The notes: a model not told the origin generated them from the sequence alone. Positions 48,765 to 61,181 are shown, numbered from the stretch's first letter. The stretch: 64,000 nucleotides of DNA from Candidatus Oxydemutatoraceae bacterium (GCA_965218975.1 OZ244717.1:1344001-1408000); one strand, 5' to 3'. A program made the numbers and translations.

Positions 48765-49715
48765 ATGCATCCGAAAACTACAGATGATAGTATGCTAAAA
48801 AAAGGAGTTTGTCGACAAAACATTGACGCAGCCAGTGTCGGACGTCGAATCGACAACTATCTTTTTTCAATATTAAAAAAAGTTCCCCAAAGTCGTATTT
48901 ACCGGATGATTCGAAGCGGCGAAGTACGCGTTGATGGCAGCCGCGTGAAACCATATTATCGTCTGCAAGTAGGTGAGGAGATTCGCATACCGCCGGTACA
49001 GTTGAAGCGGCCCTCATCAACGCCGCTAATGATTGATTCTTGTGAAGAGCAACGCATACGCAAAAGTATTTTGTATGAAGATGATATTTTGCTCGTGCTG
49101 AATAAACCTGCCGGTTATGCGATGCATGCCGGTAGCCGTTGTAACATTGGTTTAACCGAGATGCTCCGGCAGTTATTTTATGCTTCGTTGGTACCGGTGC
49201 ATCGTTTGGACCAAGGCACGAGTGGCTGTCTGCTGTTTTCTAAAACCCGAAGTTCATTACGCGAGTTGCATCGTAATTTTCAACATCGATTGGTTAAAAA
49301 ACGGTATCTAGCTTTGGCGGTGGGGCGGTGGGATATGCGGCGAACTCGAGTAACGGCTCCGCTGACCGTACGTCATCGGCGACAAGGGCCAAATGTTCAA
49401 GTTGATGGGATGCAAGGATATGCGGCAGAGACTCAGTTCGAAATAGCGCGTAGGTTTGGTCAGGCGACATTGCTCCGAGTGTCTCCATTGAGCGGGCGTA
49501 TGCATCAAATCCGTGTACACGCCGCTTATTGCGGGTATCCCATCGCTGGTGATCAACGTTACGGCGACTTTGTAATGAATCGCTGGCTGAGAAGATTGGG
49601 GCTGAAACGTTTATTTTTACATGCGGAATATTTGGCATTTGATTTTAGTGGTCGGCACTATGCCTTTGATGCGCCATTACCCGATGAACTGTCACGGTTC
49701 TTGGATATACTATAG
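48765..49715 (+). CDS. rluC: 23S rRNA pseudouridine synthase RluC
   Basis: S4 domain, NKPAG, HRLD and GR.HQIRVH. It is divergent from rne. Confidence 0.92.
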   Translation: MHPKTTDDSMLKKGVCRQNIDAASVGRRIDNYLFSILKKVPQSRIYRMIRSGEVRVDGSRVKPYYRLQVGEEIRIPPVQLKRPSSTPLMIDSCEEQRIRKSILYEDDILLVLNKPAGYAMHAGSRCNIGLTEMLRQLFYASLVPVHRLDQGTSGCLLFSKTRSSLRELHRNFQHRLVKKRYLALAVGRWDMRRTRVTAPLTVRHRRQGPNVQVDGMQGYAAETQFEIARRFGQATLLRVSPLSGRMHQIRVHAAYCGYPIAGDQRYGDFVMNRWLRRLGLKRLFLHAEYLAFDFSGRHYAFDAPLPDELSRFLDIL

Positions 49716-49832
49716 GATGGTTATCTACGCAACAGCGGAAATGAGAGTCTGTGCGGTACTGTCGGGATTTTCTCAATCCTGATTTTACCGCTGCCGATAA
49801 AACAATAAGTTGTTTTAATAAAGGAGGGTTTA

Positions 49833-50762
49833 ATGTTTGATGAGCAAGAAAAACAAGCACTGGTTCAATTTGCGAAAGAATCATTGAAGGAGAAACGGCG
49901 TGCGCGACGGTGGGGAATTTTCTTTAAATTGGCATTATTGTTCATCGTAGCCGCTGTTTTGCAGACAGTAAGACTCGAAAATATTGAGTTGCCTGGTAAA
50001 ACGGCTGAGCATACCGCGCTGGTAAAACTTGAAGGAATTATTTTACCAAACACTCCGGCGAGTTCGGATCAAATTAATTTGGCATTGATGAACGCATTTG
50101 AGAATGAGCAAGCAAGAGCCGTGATTTTGGAGTTGAATACTCCGGGCGGCAGCGCCGTTCAGTCAGCACGTATTTATAATGAAATAAAACGCCTGCGCGA
50201 CAAATACCCTGACAAGCCGATTTATGCTGTCGTCAATGATATTTGCACATCAGGTGGTATGTTTGTGGCGGTCGCTACGGATAGAATTTATGCTGACCCT
50301 GCAAGTTTGCTTGGTTCTATCGGTGTCATTATGAATGGCTTTGGTTTGGAAGAGATGATTGATAAGCTCGGCATCAAGCGCAGATTATTAACGGCAGGTG
50401 AACATAAAGCGATGTTGGACCCATTTCTTTCACAGAACTCTAAAGAAGTTGCCCATGTTCAAAAAATCTTGGATGAAGTGCACGCTTATTTTATCGGCAA
50501 AGTGAAAGAAGGGCGTGGCGATAAATTGGCGGAGGATGCTGATTTGTTCAGCGGGTTAATTTGGAATGGCGCTCAGGCGAAAGAGTTAGGATTAGTTGAT
50601 GAGTTCGGCGATGTAAAATACGTTGCGCGTGAAGTCGCAAAAATAGAGCGGATTGAAGAGTACCGCGGAAAAGAGGATTTATTTGAACGTTTGGCATTTT
50701 TTGTAAGCAAAGCCTTATCTTTGGCGCTAACGCAATCGCTTTTTCATCCCTTGATGTATTGA
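49833..50762 (+). CDS. sppA: S49 family peptidase (SppA-like)
   Basis: N-terminal TM, NTPGGS, C.SGG, GSIGV and FSGLIW.G.QA.ELGLVD. Confidence 0.9.
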   Translation: MFDEQEKQALVQFAKESLKEKRRARRWGIFFKLALLFIVAAVLQTVRLENIELPGKTAEHTALVKLEGIILPNTPASSDQINLALMNAFENEQARAVILELNTPGGSAVQSARIYNEIKRLRDKYPDKPIYAVVNDICTSGGMFVAVATDRIYADPASLLGSIGVIMNGFGLEEMIDKLGIKRRLLTAGEHKAMLDPFLSQNSKEVAHVQKILDEVHAYFIGKVKEGRGDKLAEDADLFSGLIWNGAQAKELGLVDEFGDVKYVAREVAKIERIEEYRGKEDLFERLAFFVSKALSLALTQSLFHPLMY

Positions 50763-50775
50763 AAGTTGGCTTAAT

Positions 50776-51354
50776 TTATGGGATTTTCCAACCCATAGCG
50801 CGTAGCATACGACAGATGGTAATTAAAGGCAGTCCTTGCAATGCGCTGGGGTCTTTGCTACTGATTGATTTAAATAAACTAATGCCGTATTCCTCGCTAC
50901 GGAAACTGCCGGCGCAATCGTATGCCGGTTCTTGCTTAATATAGCGTTCAATTTCGTCAAATTTCAGCTGGCGGAAATGCACTTGAGTCGGCACGTCAGC
51001 AAGTTGATACTTGCCGGTGGAGGCATCCAGCAGGCAAACCCCGGTGTGAAACTTAACATGTCTGCCGGAACATTGCATGAGCTGCTGTTTGGCAATTTCA
51101 AAATTTCCTGGTTTGCTCAAAAACTTTTTCTGAATACAAGTGGTTTGATCGGCGCCGATAATCAGCGCATTCGGATAATATGTCACGGCGGCTCGTGCCT
51201 TTTCCAACGATAGACGCTGCACTAGTTCGCTAGCGCTTTCTTCGGGATGCGGCATCTCGTCAACTGGCGCACAACAGACTATAAAGGGAAGGTTTAGGCG
51301 CGAAAGCAGTATTTCGCGTGATTTTGACGTTGAAGCGAGAATCAGTTGCGGCAT
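50776..51354 (-). CDS. yceF: Maf family nucleoside triphosphate pyrophosphatase (YceF type)
   Basis: LILASTS..R, VDE, KA, IIGADQ, KP, CAGSF.SE and GLPL. Confidence 0.88.
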   Translation of the reverse strand: MPQLILASTSKSREILLSRLNLPFIVCCAPVDEMPHPEESASELVQRLSLEKARAAVTYYPNALIIGADQTTCIQKKFLSKPGNFEIAKQQLMQCSGRHVKFHTGVCLLDASTGKYQLADVPTQVHFRQLKFDEIERYIKQEPAYDCAGSFRSEEYGISLFKSISSKDPSALQGLPLITICRMLRAMGWKIP

Positions 51355-51482
51355 GGTGTTTTGTTTGTTATTTGTTTTCCAATTATAGCTTCAGTTGCCG
51401 CTGTCTTATTCATTGATTGCGATGAGGAATTATATATCTGATGACAATTTTAAGATTGATGTTGTGTCATCGTGCCGAATAC

Positions 51483-52487
51483 TGTACGTGCACGGATACA
51501 TACTGGATTCTTGGATGCCAATAAAAAGGTGGCCGGTATACAATACCGGCACATCACCGGCACATCGGTCGTCACATCAAAGATTTCTATACGAGCCTTT
51601 TTAGCTAACAAAGTGGGGCTCATGAGCACAACGGCTCAACAGAAATATGATGTCGCTAGTATTTTGTGAGGGTATAACTCCCGAACCCATTCAAGATCGG
51701 TCGCAGTACTTTGTACCGCTGGCGTCGGCGTTATCGCCGTACTGGCCTCAGCGCCTTACATGATCGCGGCAAAGCGCCGCGTAAGAGGCGCCAGCGGATT
51801 GTCAGCAAAGTGCCTGTCGTCCATGACGAGACTTGGTTCTGTCAATGAGCGCCAGCCCCGACGTCCTTGTCGAGTCGTTCGCCGCTGAAAACCGATCGGT
51901 TTTCCGGGCGCGTCTCACCCTGCGCCGGGTGAATCTCGGCAGCAGTAAAATCTTTGAGCTGATGAAACCGTTTTGTGTTTGTTGGGGATTTTTAGCGTAA
52001 TGTCTGTCGTCCGTGACGCGACTGGGTTCTGTCAACAAGCCCTAGCCCCGATGTCCTTGTCGGGTCGTTCACCGCTGAAAACCAATTGGTTTTCCGGGCG
52101 CGTCTCACCCATGACGCGACTTGGTCTTGTTGAATGAGCGCCGGCTCCGATATCTTTGTCGGGCCGTTCACCGCTGAAAACCGGTCGGTTTTCCTGGCCA
52201 TCTCACCCTCGTGCCGTCGCGCGCATCATTGCCGATGCACCGGATAGAATGTGCACTATTTCCGTCCGTATCAACGCCGGATATATGCCCATGTTGAGCG
52301 TTTCAACCGTACTCTACAAGAAGACTTTACAGGACTACAATGAGGAACTATTGTTTACGGATTCGGATGAATTTAACGAGCGTCTATGTCATATTTGGAG
52401 TGGTACAATATGCGCCGACTGCATGCCGGTTTAGGTCAGTTGATCCCCAACAACCCTAAAAAATCCCATTTAGGGTGGCATCGTACA
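51483..52487 (+). mobile_element. Degenerate IS481-family element with three 98-bp repeat units in reverse orientation
   Basis: Termini are TGTACGTG (51483) and CATCGTACA (52487). The 5' part is homologous to the reverse complement of 39800-40038, and repeat units lie at ~51823-51920 and ~52013-52208. Confidence 0.8.
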
Positions 52488-52492
52488 TCAGT

Positions 52493-52521
52493 TTGCCACA
52501 TTAGACTTTAAAGTATATGCT
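52493..52521 (+). promoter_or_regulatory. Candidate sigma70 promoter of the dioxygenase gene
   Basis: TTGCCA (52493-52498), 17 bp, TATGCT (52516-52521). Confidence 0.4.
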
Positions 52522-52572
52522 GTACGCATTAAATAATATATTATACATAAGCGTTTACCCAAATTAGTACAG

Positions 52573-53325
52573 ATGGTATTTAGGCAATTATTTGAAAGTT
52601 CTTCAAGTACTTACACTTATTTGCTCGGATGTTCCGATACGGGCGAGACGATATTGATAGATCCGGTGCTTGAAACGGCTGATCGCGATTTGGAAGTCTT
52701 GCGCGATATGGGGTTGAAATTGACTGCTACTTTGGAAACACATATCCATGCCGACCATATCACCGGAGCAACCAAGCTCAATGCCTTGACCGGTTGTGCA
52801 ATAGCTGGTCCGGCAATGGATGAATTACCTTGTCGCGATATCGAGGTCCGCGAAGGCGAGCCTTTTCGCGTAGGCCACTTGGAATTACATCCGCTTTATA
52901 CACCGGGACATACCGATACTCACCATGTTTATTTAATTGAAACATCGGTCTGCAAAATCGTATTTTCAGGCGATTGCTTGCTGATTGAAGGATGCGGCCG
53001 GACTGATTTTCAAGCGGGAGATGCGGCGACTTTGTATCGCAGCATCCATGGCAAACTTTTCACTCTGCCTGAAGATTCGTTAGTTTATCCGGGGCATGAT
53101 TATGTCGGATGTTCGGTTACAACCGTCGGACAAGAAAAACGTCGCAACCCTCGTTTAGGACAAAGTAAGACTCAAGAGGAATTTGTCGTAATCATGGAAG
53201 GATTGAAATTGCCTTATCCGCATAAAATGGAATTTGCAGTGCCGGGTAATCAACAATGCGGAAAATGTCCCGACAATCTGCCGCCGGATGTAAAGAGGTT
53301 GTGCGAGGTACACGATCAAGGTTAA
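52573..53325 (+). CDS. ETHE1-like persulfide dioxygenase (metallo-beta-lactamase fold)
   Basis: FRQLFE..SSTYTYLL, IDPV, THIHADH, TPGHT, GD.LLI.GCGRTDFQ, YPGHDY and EK..NPRL. Confidence 0.85.
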   Translation: MVFRQLFESSSSTYTYLLGCSDTGETILIDPVLETADRDLEVLRDMGLKLTATLETHIHADHITGATKLNALTGCAIAGPAMDELPCRDIEVREGEPFRVGHLELHPLYTPGHTDTHHVYLIETSVCKIVFSGDCLLIEGCGRTDFQAGDAATLYRSIHGKLFTLPEDSLVYPGHDYVGCSVTTVGQEKRRNPRLGQSKTQEEFVVIMEGLKLPYPHKMEFAVPGNQQCGKCPDNLPPDVKRLCEVHDQG

Positions 53326-53404
53326 CGCTATCTCGTAACGGATTGGCTATGATTGTCTTGCAATATCTAATGCGTCAAAAACGACTGTTTAATCGGACAG
53401 ACGT

Positions 53405-54511
53405 TTATTCGTAATCGTAAGTTGGGTAGACCTGTACGATGTATTTACGCATGATTTTGGCACGCCAATCAGTGAAAGGATTTTCTATGCCTTGGCTGCG
53501 TACAATCGTCATCAACTGATCTTTATTTGCAATTAAAGCCGGTGCAATCCCGTATTTATGTGCGGCTTGCCGGGTCATGCTTTGCAAGGCAGCTAAATTT
53601 TCTTTCATTACTTCGTCGAGCTGTGGGCGAGGTACCGGTTTATCGATAATATTGCAATCAATGCTTTGTAATACTCTTGCTAAAGTTTCAGTATATCCTG
53701 CGGATCTCTTGCAATCTTGGATCTGTTGTACCAGTGTCACCAAGTGCCGGCGTTTCATCTTATGGGGCGCTTGGCATAGTCGGGCGATTTTCCGGATGCA
53801 TTGGTCGGTTATTATCCACTGCCGCGGCAGGTTTTTTGCTTGCGCTTGTTTTTCGCGCCATTTGACTAAACATTTTAATACGGCGTACTGAATGGCGGGT
53901 TTATGTTTTGCTTTGTTGAGAAATTGCTCGCAAAAATCATAGCTGATTTTTTCCGCATTGCGGCTTTCCTCCTCAAACCATTTGCTTTTGTTTTGTGCCT
54001 GCAATTCGTCCGCAAGAATCGTACGTAAACGCTCAAGATATATGACATCTTCCGCAGCATAGCGGATTTGTTTTTCTGTCAAAGGGCGGCGCATCCAGTC
54101 GGAATAGGTTTGCGCCTTATCAAGTTTTACTCCAATCTTTTCCCAAACGAGTCGCTTGTAGCTCACTTGAATTTCAGAGCCGAGAAAAGTGGTGGCAAGC
54201 TGTGTGTCAAATATTGGTGTCGGTGAATTGCCGCAGACTATCTGTAGGATTTCGCTATCCTGTCGCGGGCTATGAACAATTTTTTCGATATTGGGATTTA
54301 CGAGTAACTCCGTTAAAGGGGAAAAATCGGAGATAGTAGGGATGTCAATCAGAAAAACAGCAGCTCCGGCTGCCAGTTGCACTAATGATAACTGAGGGTA
54401 ATAGGTATCCTTACGGACAAACTCCGTATCCAGAGCAATATATGCTTGTTGGAGCTGTTTCTTTATACGTCGTAGATCACGGTTAGATCGTACATAAGTC
54501 AGTGTGTTCAA
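53405..54511 (-). CDS. rnd: Ribonuclease D
   Basis: ALDTEF....YYP.L.L.Q, FDTQ.A, SDW..RPL...Q..YAA.DV and HRDC motif WRE..A...N.PR. Confidence 0.9.
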   Translation of the reverse strand: MNTLTYVRSNRDLRRIKKQLQQAYIALDTEFVRKDTYYPQLSLVQLAAGAAVFLIDIPTISDFSPLTELLVNPNIEKIVHSPRQDSEILQIVCGNSPTPIFDTQLATTFLGSEIQVSYKRLVWEKIGVKLDKAQTYSDWMRRPLTEKQIRYAAEDVIYLERLRTILADELQAQNKSKWFEEESRNAEKISYDFCEQFLNKAKHKPAIQYAVLKCLVKWREKQAQAKNLPRQWIITDQCIRKIARLCQAPHKMKRRHLVTLVQQIQDCKRSAGYTETLARVLQSIDCNIIDKPVPRPQLDEVMKENLAALQSMTRQAAHKYGIAPALIANKDQLMTIVRSQGIENPFTDWRAKIMRKYIVQVYPTYDYE

Positions 54512-54993
54512 TTTTTTATATGAACTTTATGTCGAATTGAACGTAGTACGGAAAATATCCATGGCCAAAGTATGATACTGCTTAGCAACGGCATGAATTT
54601 TTGCCAGTGCAGTTCAATAGAATATAACATCCCTTCGATCCATAAGAAAATAATCAGGTAGGGCAGTAATAAAATACCGATACCCAAAGACTGCTGAAAT
54701 ATGGGATAAATTCGCAGTCGTGAGTGCAGTAGTATGGTGATATAAGCTACCCAAGTATAAATCAGCGCGTGCTGCCCGATGATTGTGCCGTTTACCAAGT
54801 CAACTATGATACCGACTAACCAAGCGAATTTGATGTTCAGTTGATTAGGTAGTGCCAGACACCAATAGATGACTGCCAACACTGTCCAATCCGGCCATAT
54901 TGCCGTAGCGATTCGCGGTAGCGGTAATGCGGAGAGCATCAGTGTCACTAAAATTGTGAGCGTGACTATAAGGTATAAGCGGAAGTTAATCAT
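54508..54993 (-). CDS. mreD: Rod shape-determining protein MreD
   Basis: PDW..L..IYW.LALP, hydrophobic, follows mreC. The ATG at 54993 overlaps the mreC stop. Confidence 0.9.
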   Translation of the reverse strand: MINFRLYLIVTLTILVTLMLSALPLPRIATAIWPDWTVLAVIYWCLALPNQLNIKFAWLVGIIVDLVNGTIIGQHALIYTWVAYITILLHSRLRIYPIFQQSLGIGILLLPYLIIFLWIEGMLYSIELHWQKFMPLLSSIILWPWIFSVLRSIRHKVHIKN

Positions 54994-55823
54994 TTTGGTT
55001 CCGGAGCAGGTGAAACTGATCGTTCCCAAATAAGAAGTACTTCACGACCATAATTAAGTTTGGCAAACGGTCGGATAAAAACCGATGCAAAGGTGTCGCC
55101 CGGAGAACGGCTAACTTTGGTCACATAACCGATAGGATAGTCCGGCGGATAAAGATTATCCAATCCGGTAGTTACAAGAGTATCGCCTTGACGAATATCG
55201 GCATCCGGCGGCAAGTACTGCAACTCTAATTGATCAGGATTGCCGACGCCGACAACCAAAGTGGTGATTCCCGAACGGTTTACTTGTGCCAGCACTGCAT
55301 GGTCAGGGTCGGAAATCAGCATTCCGGTTGCGCTAAAAGGTGTTACGGAAATGATTTGCCCGAGAATGCCGTCGGTGCCGAGAATCGGCTGTCCGATGTA
55401 GGCGTTATCCCGAGCCCCTTTATTAATTACAATACGTTGTTTAAATGGTGTTGAATTCTTGCTGATGAGTTCAGCTATAATCGCTTTGTTATCTACTTGA
55501 TTGCGAGTAGATTGTAATAAGTTCCTCAATCGTTGATTTTCACTAAGCACTGCGGAATACTTTTGCAATTGGAAATGGAGTTGCATGTTTTCTTCACGTA
55601 GGGTTTGGTTTTGGGTCTTTAACAGCCCACGTTCGTGTAAGTGAATATAAACTTGATCCCAAAAGCGGACAGGCAGGTTGGCAAGATAATATATGGGATA
55701 AGAGATGGTGCCGAAATAGTGATGAACATTGCGCAAGTAATCGTGACGATGATCGGTGATCATCAGTGCAATGGAAAGTGCGCTGAAAAAGAGCAGGTTA
55801 AAAAAACTTCGCGAAGACTGCAT
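54990..55823 (-). CDS. mreC: Rod shape-determining protein MreC
   Basis: N-terminal TM, EN.RLR.LL, INKG and GD.LVTTGL...YP..YP.G.V. Confidence 0.93.
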   Translation of the reverse strand: MQSSRSFFNLLFFSALSIALMITDHRHDYLRNVHHYFGTISYPIYYLANLPVRFWDQVYIHLHERGLLKTQNQTLREENMQLHFQLQKYSAVLSENQRLRNLLQSTRNQVDNKAIIAELISKNSTPFKQRIVINKGARDNAYIGQPILGTDGILGQIISVTPFSATGMLISDPDHAVLAQVNRSGITTLVVGVGNPDQLELQYLPPDADIRQGDTLVTTGLDNLYPPDYPIGYVTKVSRSPGDTFASVFIRPFAKLNYGREVLLIWERSVSPAPEPK

Positions 55824-55862
55824 AATGCTTAGATTGTTACCCCTCCTTCATTAAGGTGAAGT

Positions 55863-56915
<1,053 letters not shown>

Positions 56916-57016
56916 TTAGTTAGGTAAGTGATTATGCTATACTTTAACAATTTAAAATAAAGTCGGCAAGATTGTTCGGTGTACCTCCCTAAGAATTATC
57001 ACTAGTTTTTATATCC

Positions 57017-57307
57017 ATGGACAGTAAAGAAGTTAGGAAAATAGCCAGCCTTGCGTGTTTGACACTAACAGAAGACGAGATTGAGTCGATGCAAAATGCA
57101 TTGACGGACATCCTGAATCTGGTTGGTCAATTGCAGGAGCACGATATGGGTTCGACGCCTCCTGTTACCCATCCGTTAGAGATGGTTCAGCGTATGCGCG
57201 AAGATGAAATAACCGAAACCGAGCAACGTCGCCCGCTTCAAGCGAGCGCGTCGGCAGTAGCAGATGGGTTTTATCTGGTACCCCAAGTAATTGAGCACGG
57301 TAATTAG
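57017..57307 (+). CDS. gatC: Asp/Glu-tRNA amidotransferase subunit C
   Basis: V.KIA.LA.L, REDE.TE and GFYLVPQVIE. It precedes gatA. Confidence 0.92.
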   Translation: MDSKEVRKIASLACLTLTEDEIESMQNALTDILNLVGQLQEHDMGSTPPVTHPLEMVQRMREDEITETEQRRPLQASASAVADGFYLVPQVIEHGN

Positions 57308-57340
57308 CCTGAATATATTGCGAACTTAAAATATAGACTG

Positions 57341-58807
57341 ATGCCGCAGTTAACGAATCGTCTGGCCGAACTATCTACGGGTCTTGCCCGCGGTGAATTC
57401 TCTAGCGTCGAATTGACACAATTTTTCCTGGATAGAGTTGAACGGTTCAATCCTAAGTTAAATTGCTTCATTAATATCACTCACGAACAAGCATTGCGCC
57501 AAGCTCGAGCCGCTGATCAAAGAATTAAAGCACGCAAGCATACACCGTTAATGGGGATTCCTTATGCGCACAAAGATATTTTCTGCACTCGGGAGATTCC
57601 GACAACTTGCGGTTCAAAAATGTTAGAAAGCTTTGTGCCACCTTATGATGCAACCGTGACTCAAAAGCTGAATGAAGCCGGGATGGTGATGTTGGGCAAA
57701 ACTAATTTGGATGAATTTGCAATGGGTTCTTCCAATGAGAATAGCCACTTTGGCGCAGTGTGCAATCCGTGGGCGACGGACCATGTGCCGGGAGGTTCTT
57801 CGGGAGGGTCGGCGGCCTCAGTTGCGGCACGGGTCGCACCTTGCGCGACCGGTACCGATACGGGCGGGTCTATCCGCCAGCCGGCATCATTTTGTGGTAT
57901 TACCGGGATTAAGCCGACCTATGGGTTAGTTTCACGTTACGGTATGGTTGCTTATGCATCAAGTCTCGATCAAGGTGGTGTCTTGAGTCAATCGGTTGAA
58001 GACTGCGCGTTAATACTTGCGGCAATGGCGGGGTTTGATTGTAAAGATTCAACGAGTGCCGATCGCTCGGTTCCAATATATGTTGATGGTTTGGAGAAAA
58101 AGATCGATGGCTTGAAAATCGGATTGCCGACGCAATATTTTGATTTGAAAACAGAACCGCAAGTACGAACGGCGATTGAAACGGCAGTTGCCGAACTGAC
58201 CCAACTCGGTTGCGAAGCGGTTGAAATAAGTTTACCGTCATTGGAATTGGCGATTCCCGCATATTATGTCATTGCATCTGCCGAGTGCTCATCTAATCTT
58301 GCACGTTACGACGGCGTGCGCTATGGCTATCGTTGCAAAAACCCGCGAAACTTAAAAGACTTGTATACTCGTACCCGCAGTGAAGGATTCGGCGCCGAGG
58401 TAAAACGGCGCATTATGATCGGTTCATACGTCTTATCGGCGGGATACTACGATGCTTATTATTTGAGAGCACAAAAAATGCGGTGTAAGATCCGGCAGGA
58501 TTTTGCCGCAGCTTTTGATAAAGTTGATGTCATTGTGGGACCGGTATCACCGACGCCGGCATTTAAAGTCGGTGAAAAATTGGCGGATCCGGTGAAAATG
58601 TACTTGTCGGACATTTATACGATTGCCGTCAACCTTGCGGGTTTACCCGCGTTAGCATTACCGGCAGGTTTTAGCGGCAATTTGCCGGTCGGTCTGCAAC
58701 TAATCGGTAATTATTTTTCGGAAGAACAATTATTCGCAATCGGTCATCATTATCAGCAAACGACTGATTGGCATTGTCGTTTACCGCCATTTGCTGAGGA
58801 AGAATAG
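57341..58807 (+). CDS. gatA: Asp/Glu-tRNA amidotransferase subunit A
   Basis: [36 protein letters not shown] and SNLARYDG. Confidence 0.97.
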   Translation: MPQLTNRLAELSTGLARGEFSSVELTQFFLDRVERFNPKLNCFINITHEQALRQARAADQRIKARKHTPLMGIPYAHKDIFCTREIPTTCGSKMLESFVPPYDATVTQKLNEAGMVMLGKTNLDEFAMGSSNENSHFGAVCNPWATDHVPGGSSGGSAASVAARVAPCATGTDTGGSIRQPASFCGITGIKPTYGLVSRYGMVAYASSLDQGGVLSQSVEDCALILAAMAGFDCKDSTSADRSVPIYVDGLEKKIDGLKIGLPTQYFDLKTEPQVRTAIETAVAELTQLGCEAVEISLPSLELAIPAYYVIASAECSSNLARYDGVRYGYRCKNPRNLKDLYTRTRSEGFGAEVKRRIMIGSYVLSAGYYDAYYLRAQKMRCKIRQDFAAAFDKVDVIVGPVSPTPAFKVGEKLADPVKMYLSDIYTIAVNLAGLPALALPAGFSGNLPVGLQLIGNYFSEEQLFAIGHHYQQTTDWHCRLPPFAEEE

Positions 58808-58809
58808 CG

Positions 58810-60246
58810 ATGCAATGGCAGGCAGTCATTGGATTGGAGATCCATACCCGCTTAAAAACGCGGAGTAAATTATTTTCGGGCGCAGCGGCACAATATGGTG
58901 CAGCGCCGAATGAACAAGTTTGTCCGATTGATGCAGCATTTCCCGGGGTGCTACCGGTTTTAAATAAAGAAGTCATTAAAATGGCGATTTCTTTTGGGTT
59001 GTCTATTAATGCTCAAATTGCGCGCCGAACGATTTTTGCACGAAAAAGCTATTTTTATCCCGATTTACCAAAAGGATATCAAATTAGTCAATACGAACAC
59101 CCGATCATTACTAACGGTGAACTTCAGATCATGTCGGAGGATGGCACTTGCAAAACAATCGGTATCACGCGTGCGCACCTTGAAGAAGATGCAGGTAAGT
59201 CGGTGCATTCCGAGTTTGACGGGATGAGTGGGATTGATCTTAATCGCGCCGGAATTCCTCTAATTGAGATTGTTTCGGAACCTGATATGAACAGTGCTGC
59301 CGAGGCGGGCGCATATATGCGCAAGATTCACAGCATTGTGCGATATCTTGATATTTGCGATGGAAATATGCAGGAGGGGTCATTTCGTTGTGATGCCAAT
59401 GTGTCGGTGCGACCTGCCGGCAGTGAAAAATTGGGTCAACGAGCCGAAGTGAAAAATGTCAACTCATTTCGGTTTGTTGAGAGAGCGATTGCATATGAAA
59501 TTGAACGTCAGATTGAAATTTTGGAAGAAGGAGGTACGGTTCGTCAAGAGACACGTTTGTTTAATGTGGATACCGGACGAACGCATGCGATGCGTAGCAA
59601 AGAAGAATCGCATGATTACCAGTATTTTCCTGACCCTGATTTATTGCCGGTGGTTATTGACGAACATCAAATCCGTGAGGTGCGAGCTACCTTGCCTGAA
59701 TTACCGGCGGAAAAATCAGCACGTTTTGCTAGAGAATATGGTCTTGCCGCGCAAGATATCGAGCGCTTGGTTGCCGATCGTGCACTAGCAGATTATTTTG
59801 AATCATGTGTAAAGCAAACAAAAGCATCCTCGCAGATTGTAGCCAATTGGATGAATGGTGCGCTGACAGCTATGCTCAAGAAGCATAACTTGCTCATTGA
59901 AAGTGCGCCTATATCGAACAAAATGCTTGCGCAATTGCTCGATTACTTGCACGATGAGGTTGTATCTAACAATAATGCCCGAGAAGCCTTTGTCGGAATG
60001 TGGGAGAAAGAAGGCACTGCCGAGCAGATTATTGATCAAAAAGGGTTACGGCAAATGGATGACAGCGTTGAATTGGAGCGAATCATAGATGCGCTTATTG
60101 AGAATAGCCCTAAGCAAGTGGCTCAGTATCGATCGGGTAAAGAAAAAGTATTCGGCTATTTTGTCGGACAAGTGATGCAAGTAACAAAGCAAAAAGCGAA
60201 CCCGAAAGAAACCAACAGATTATTAAAAAATAAGCTGTCCGAATAG
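58810..60246 (+). CDS. gatB: Asp/Glu-tRNA amidotransferase subunit B
   Basis: IGLEIH, YFYPDLPKGYQISQ, HLEEDAGKS, EG.FRCDANVS and YFPDPDL. Confidence 0.97.
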   Translation: MQWQAVIGLEIHTRLKTRSKLFSGAAAQYGAAPNEQVCPIDAAFPGVLPVLNKEVIKMAISFGLSINAQIARRTIFARKSYFYPDLPKGYQISQYEHPIITNGELQIMSEDGTCKTIGITRAHLEEDAGKSVHSEFDGMSGIDLNRAGIPLIEIVSEPDMNSAAEAGAYMRKIHSIVRYLDICDGNMQEGSFRCDANVSVRPAGSEKLGQRAEVKNVNSFRFVERAIAYEIERQIEILEEGGTVRQETRLFNVDTGRTHAMRSKEESHDYQYFPDPDLLPVVIDEHQIREVRATLPELPAEKSARFAREYGLAAQDIERLVADRALADYFESCVKQTKASSQIVANWMNGALTAMLKKHNLLIESAPISNKMLAQLLDYLHDEVVSNNNAREAFVGMWEKEGTAEQIIDQKGLRQMDDSVELERIIDALIENSPKQVAQYRSGKEKVFGYFVGQVMQVTKQKANPKETNRLLKNKLSE

Positions 60247-60350
60247 CAGTTCTGTCAATCATTTGTTTGCGCAACTTGCGGGCGGCTAATCATTCTTCAA
60301 TGAATTCAATGACCGACAACCAATTATATTATCCGCTTATTATCTGTTCG

Positions 60351-61181
60351 CTAAGTTAACCGTCCTTTCGTCGCACGAGGTAATTGCGCCATATCTTTGT
60401 AACAGTGAATTTGTGATAGACCGGACCGCATCATTAAATTCGCGACCGCGGTTTGTTGTAAAGCAGAATGTTCGACGAGTAACGTTCCCGATTCCTTTAA
60501 GTAATCAGGAGCCCGGGCAATAATTGTTTGTAGATGTTCTAAGCCTTCTTTACCGGCGAATAAGGCCGTTGCCGGTTCGTAAGTAGCGACATCGCGATCC
60601 AAATAAGCATCTTCAGTCGCAACATAGGGCGGGTTGCTGACAATCATATCGAAAGATTGCCGCGGTTCAATTGCGCCAAACCAATCGCCGTGTAAAAATT
60701 CGATTGAGCGGATATTGTGGCGGGCAGCGTTTTTTTGCGCCAGATGTAATGCATCATGTTGAATATCCGTTGCGACGATTTTATCAATTTGCGGATAATT
60801 TTTTGCCAATGCGATTGAAATCGCACCACAACCGACACCTAACTCAAGTATCGTTGCTTTAGGTTTTAAGTATCGTAAGATAGCGTTTACTAGCAATTCC
60901 GTTTCGGGTCGCGGAATCAGAACTTGTGGTGAGATTTCAAATTGCAGTGAAAAGAACTCACAATGTTTGATAATTTGCGCTAACGGCTTTCCGGCGCAAT
61001 ATTGATTAATATATAAGGTGAATTGCGCCATCTGTGTCGGGTTTAGAACTTGTTCGGGATAGGCGTAAAGCTTAGTAGGGGAGCAGCTCAACAGATGACA
61101 CAGAAACTGGTTTATCGCATGAACGTTCAGTTGTTTCGATTGTGCCGTTCTACGCAGTTGTTGAACGGTTCTTGTCGGCAT
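60351..61181 (-). CDS. prmC: Release factor glutamine methyltransferase
   Basis: VLIPRPETE, ELG.G.GAI and SNPPY. It lies downstream of prfA. Confidence 0.93.
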   Translation of the reverse strand: MPTRTVQQLRRTAQSKQLNVHAINQFLCHLLSCSPTKLYAYPEQVLNPTQMAQFTLYINQYCAGKPLAQIIKHCEFFSLQFEISPQVLIPRPETELLVNAILRYLKPKATILELGVGCGAISIALAKNYPQIDKIVATDIQHDALHLAQKNAARHNIRSIEFLHGDWFGAIEPRQSFDMIVSNPPYVATEDAYLDRDVATYEPATALFAGKEGLEHLQTIIARAPDYLKESGTLLVEHSALQQTAVANLMMRSGLSQIHCYKDMAQLPRATKGRLT

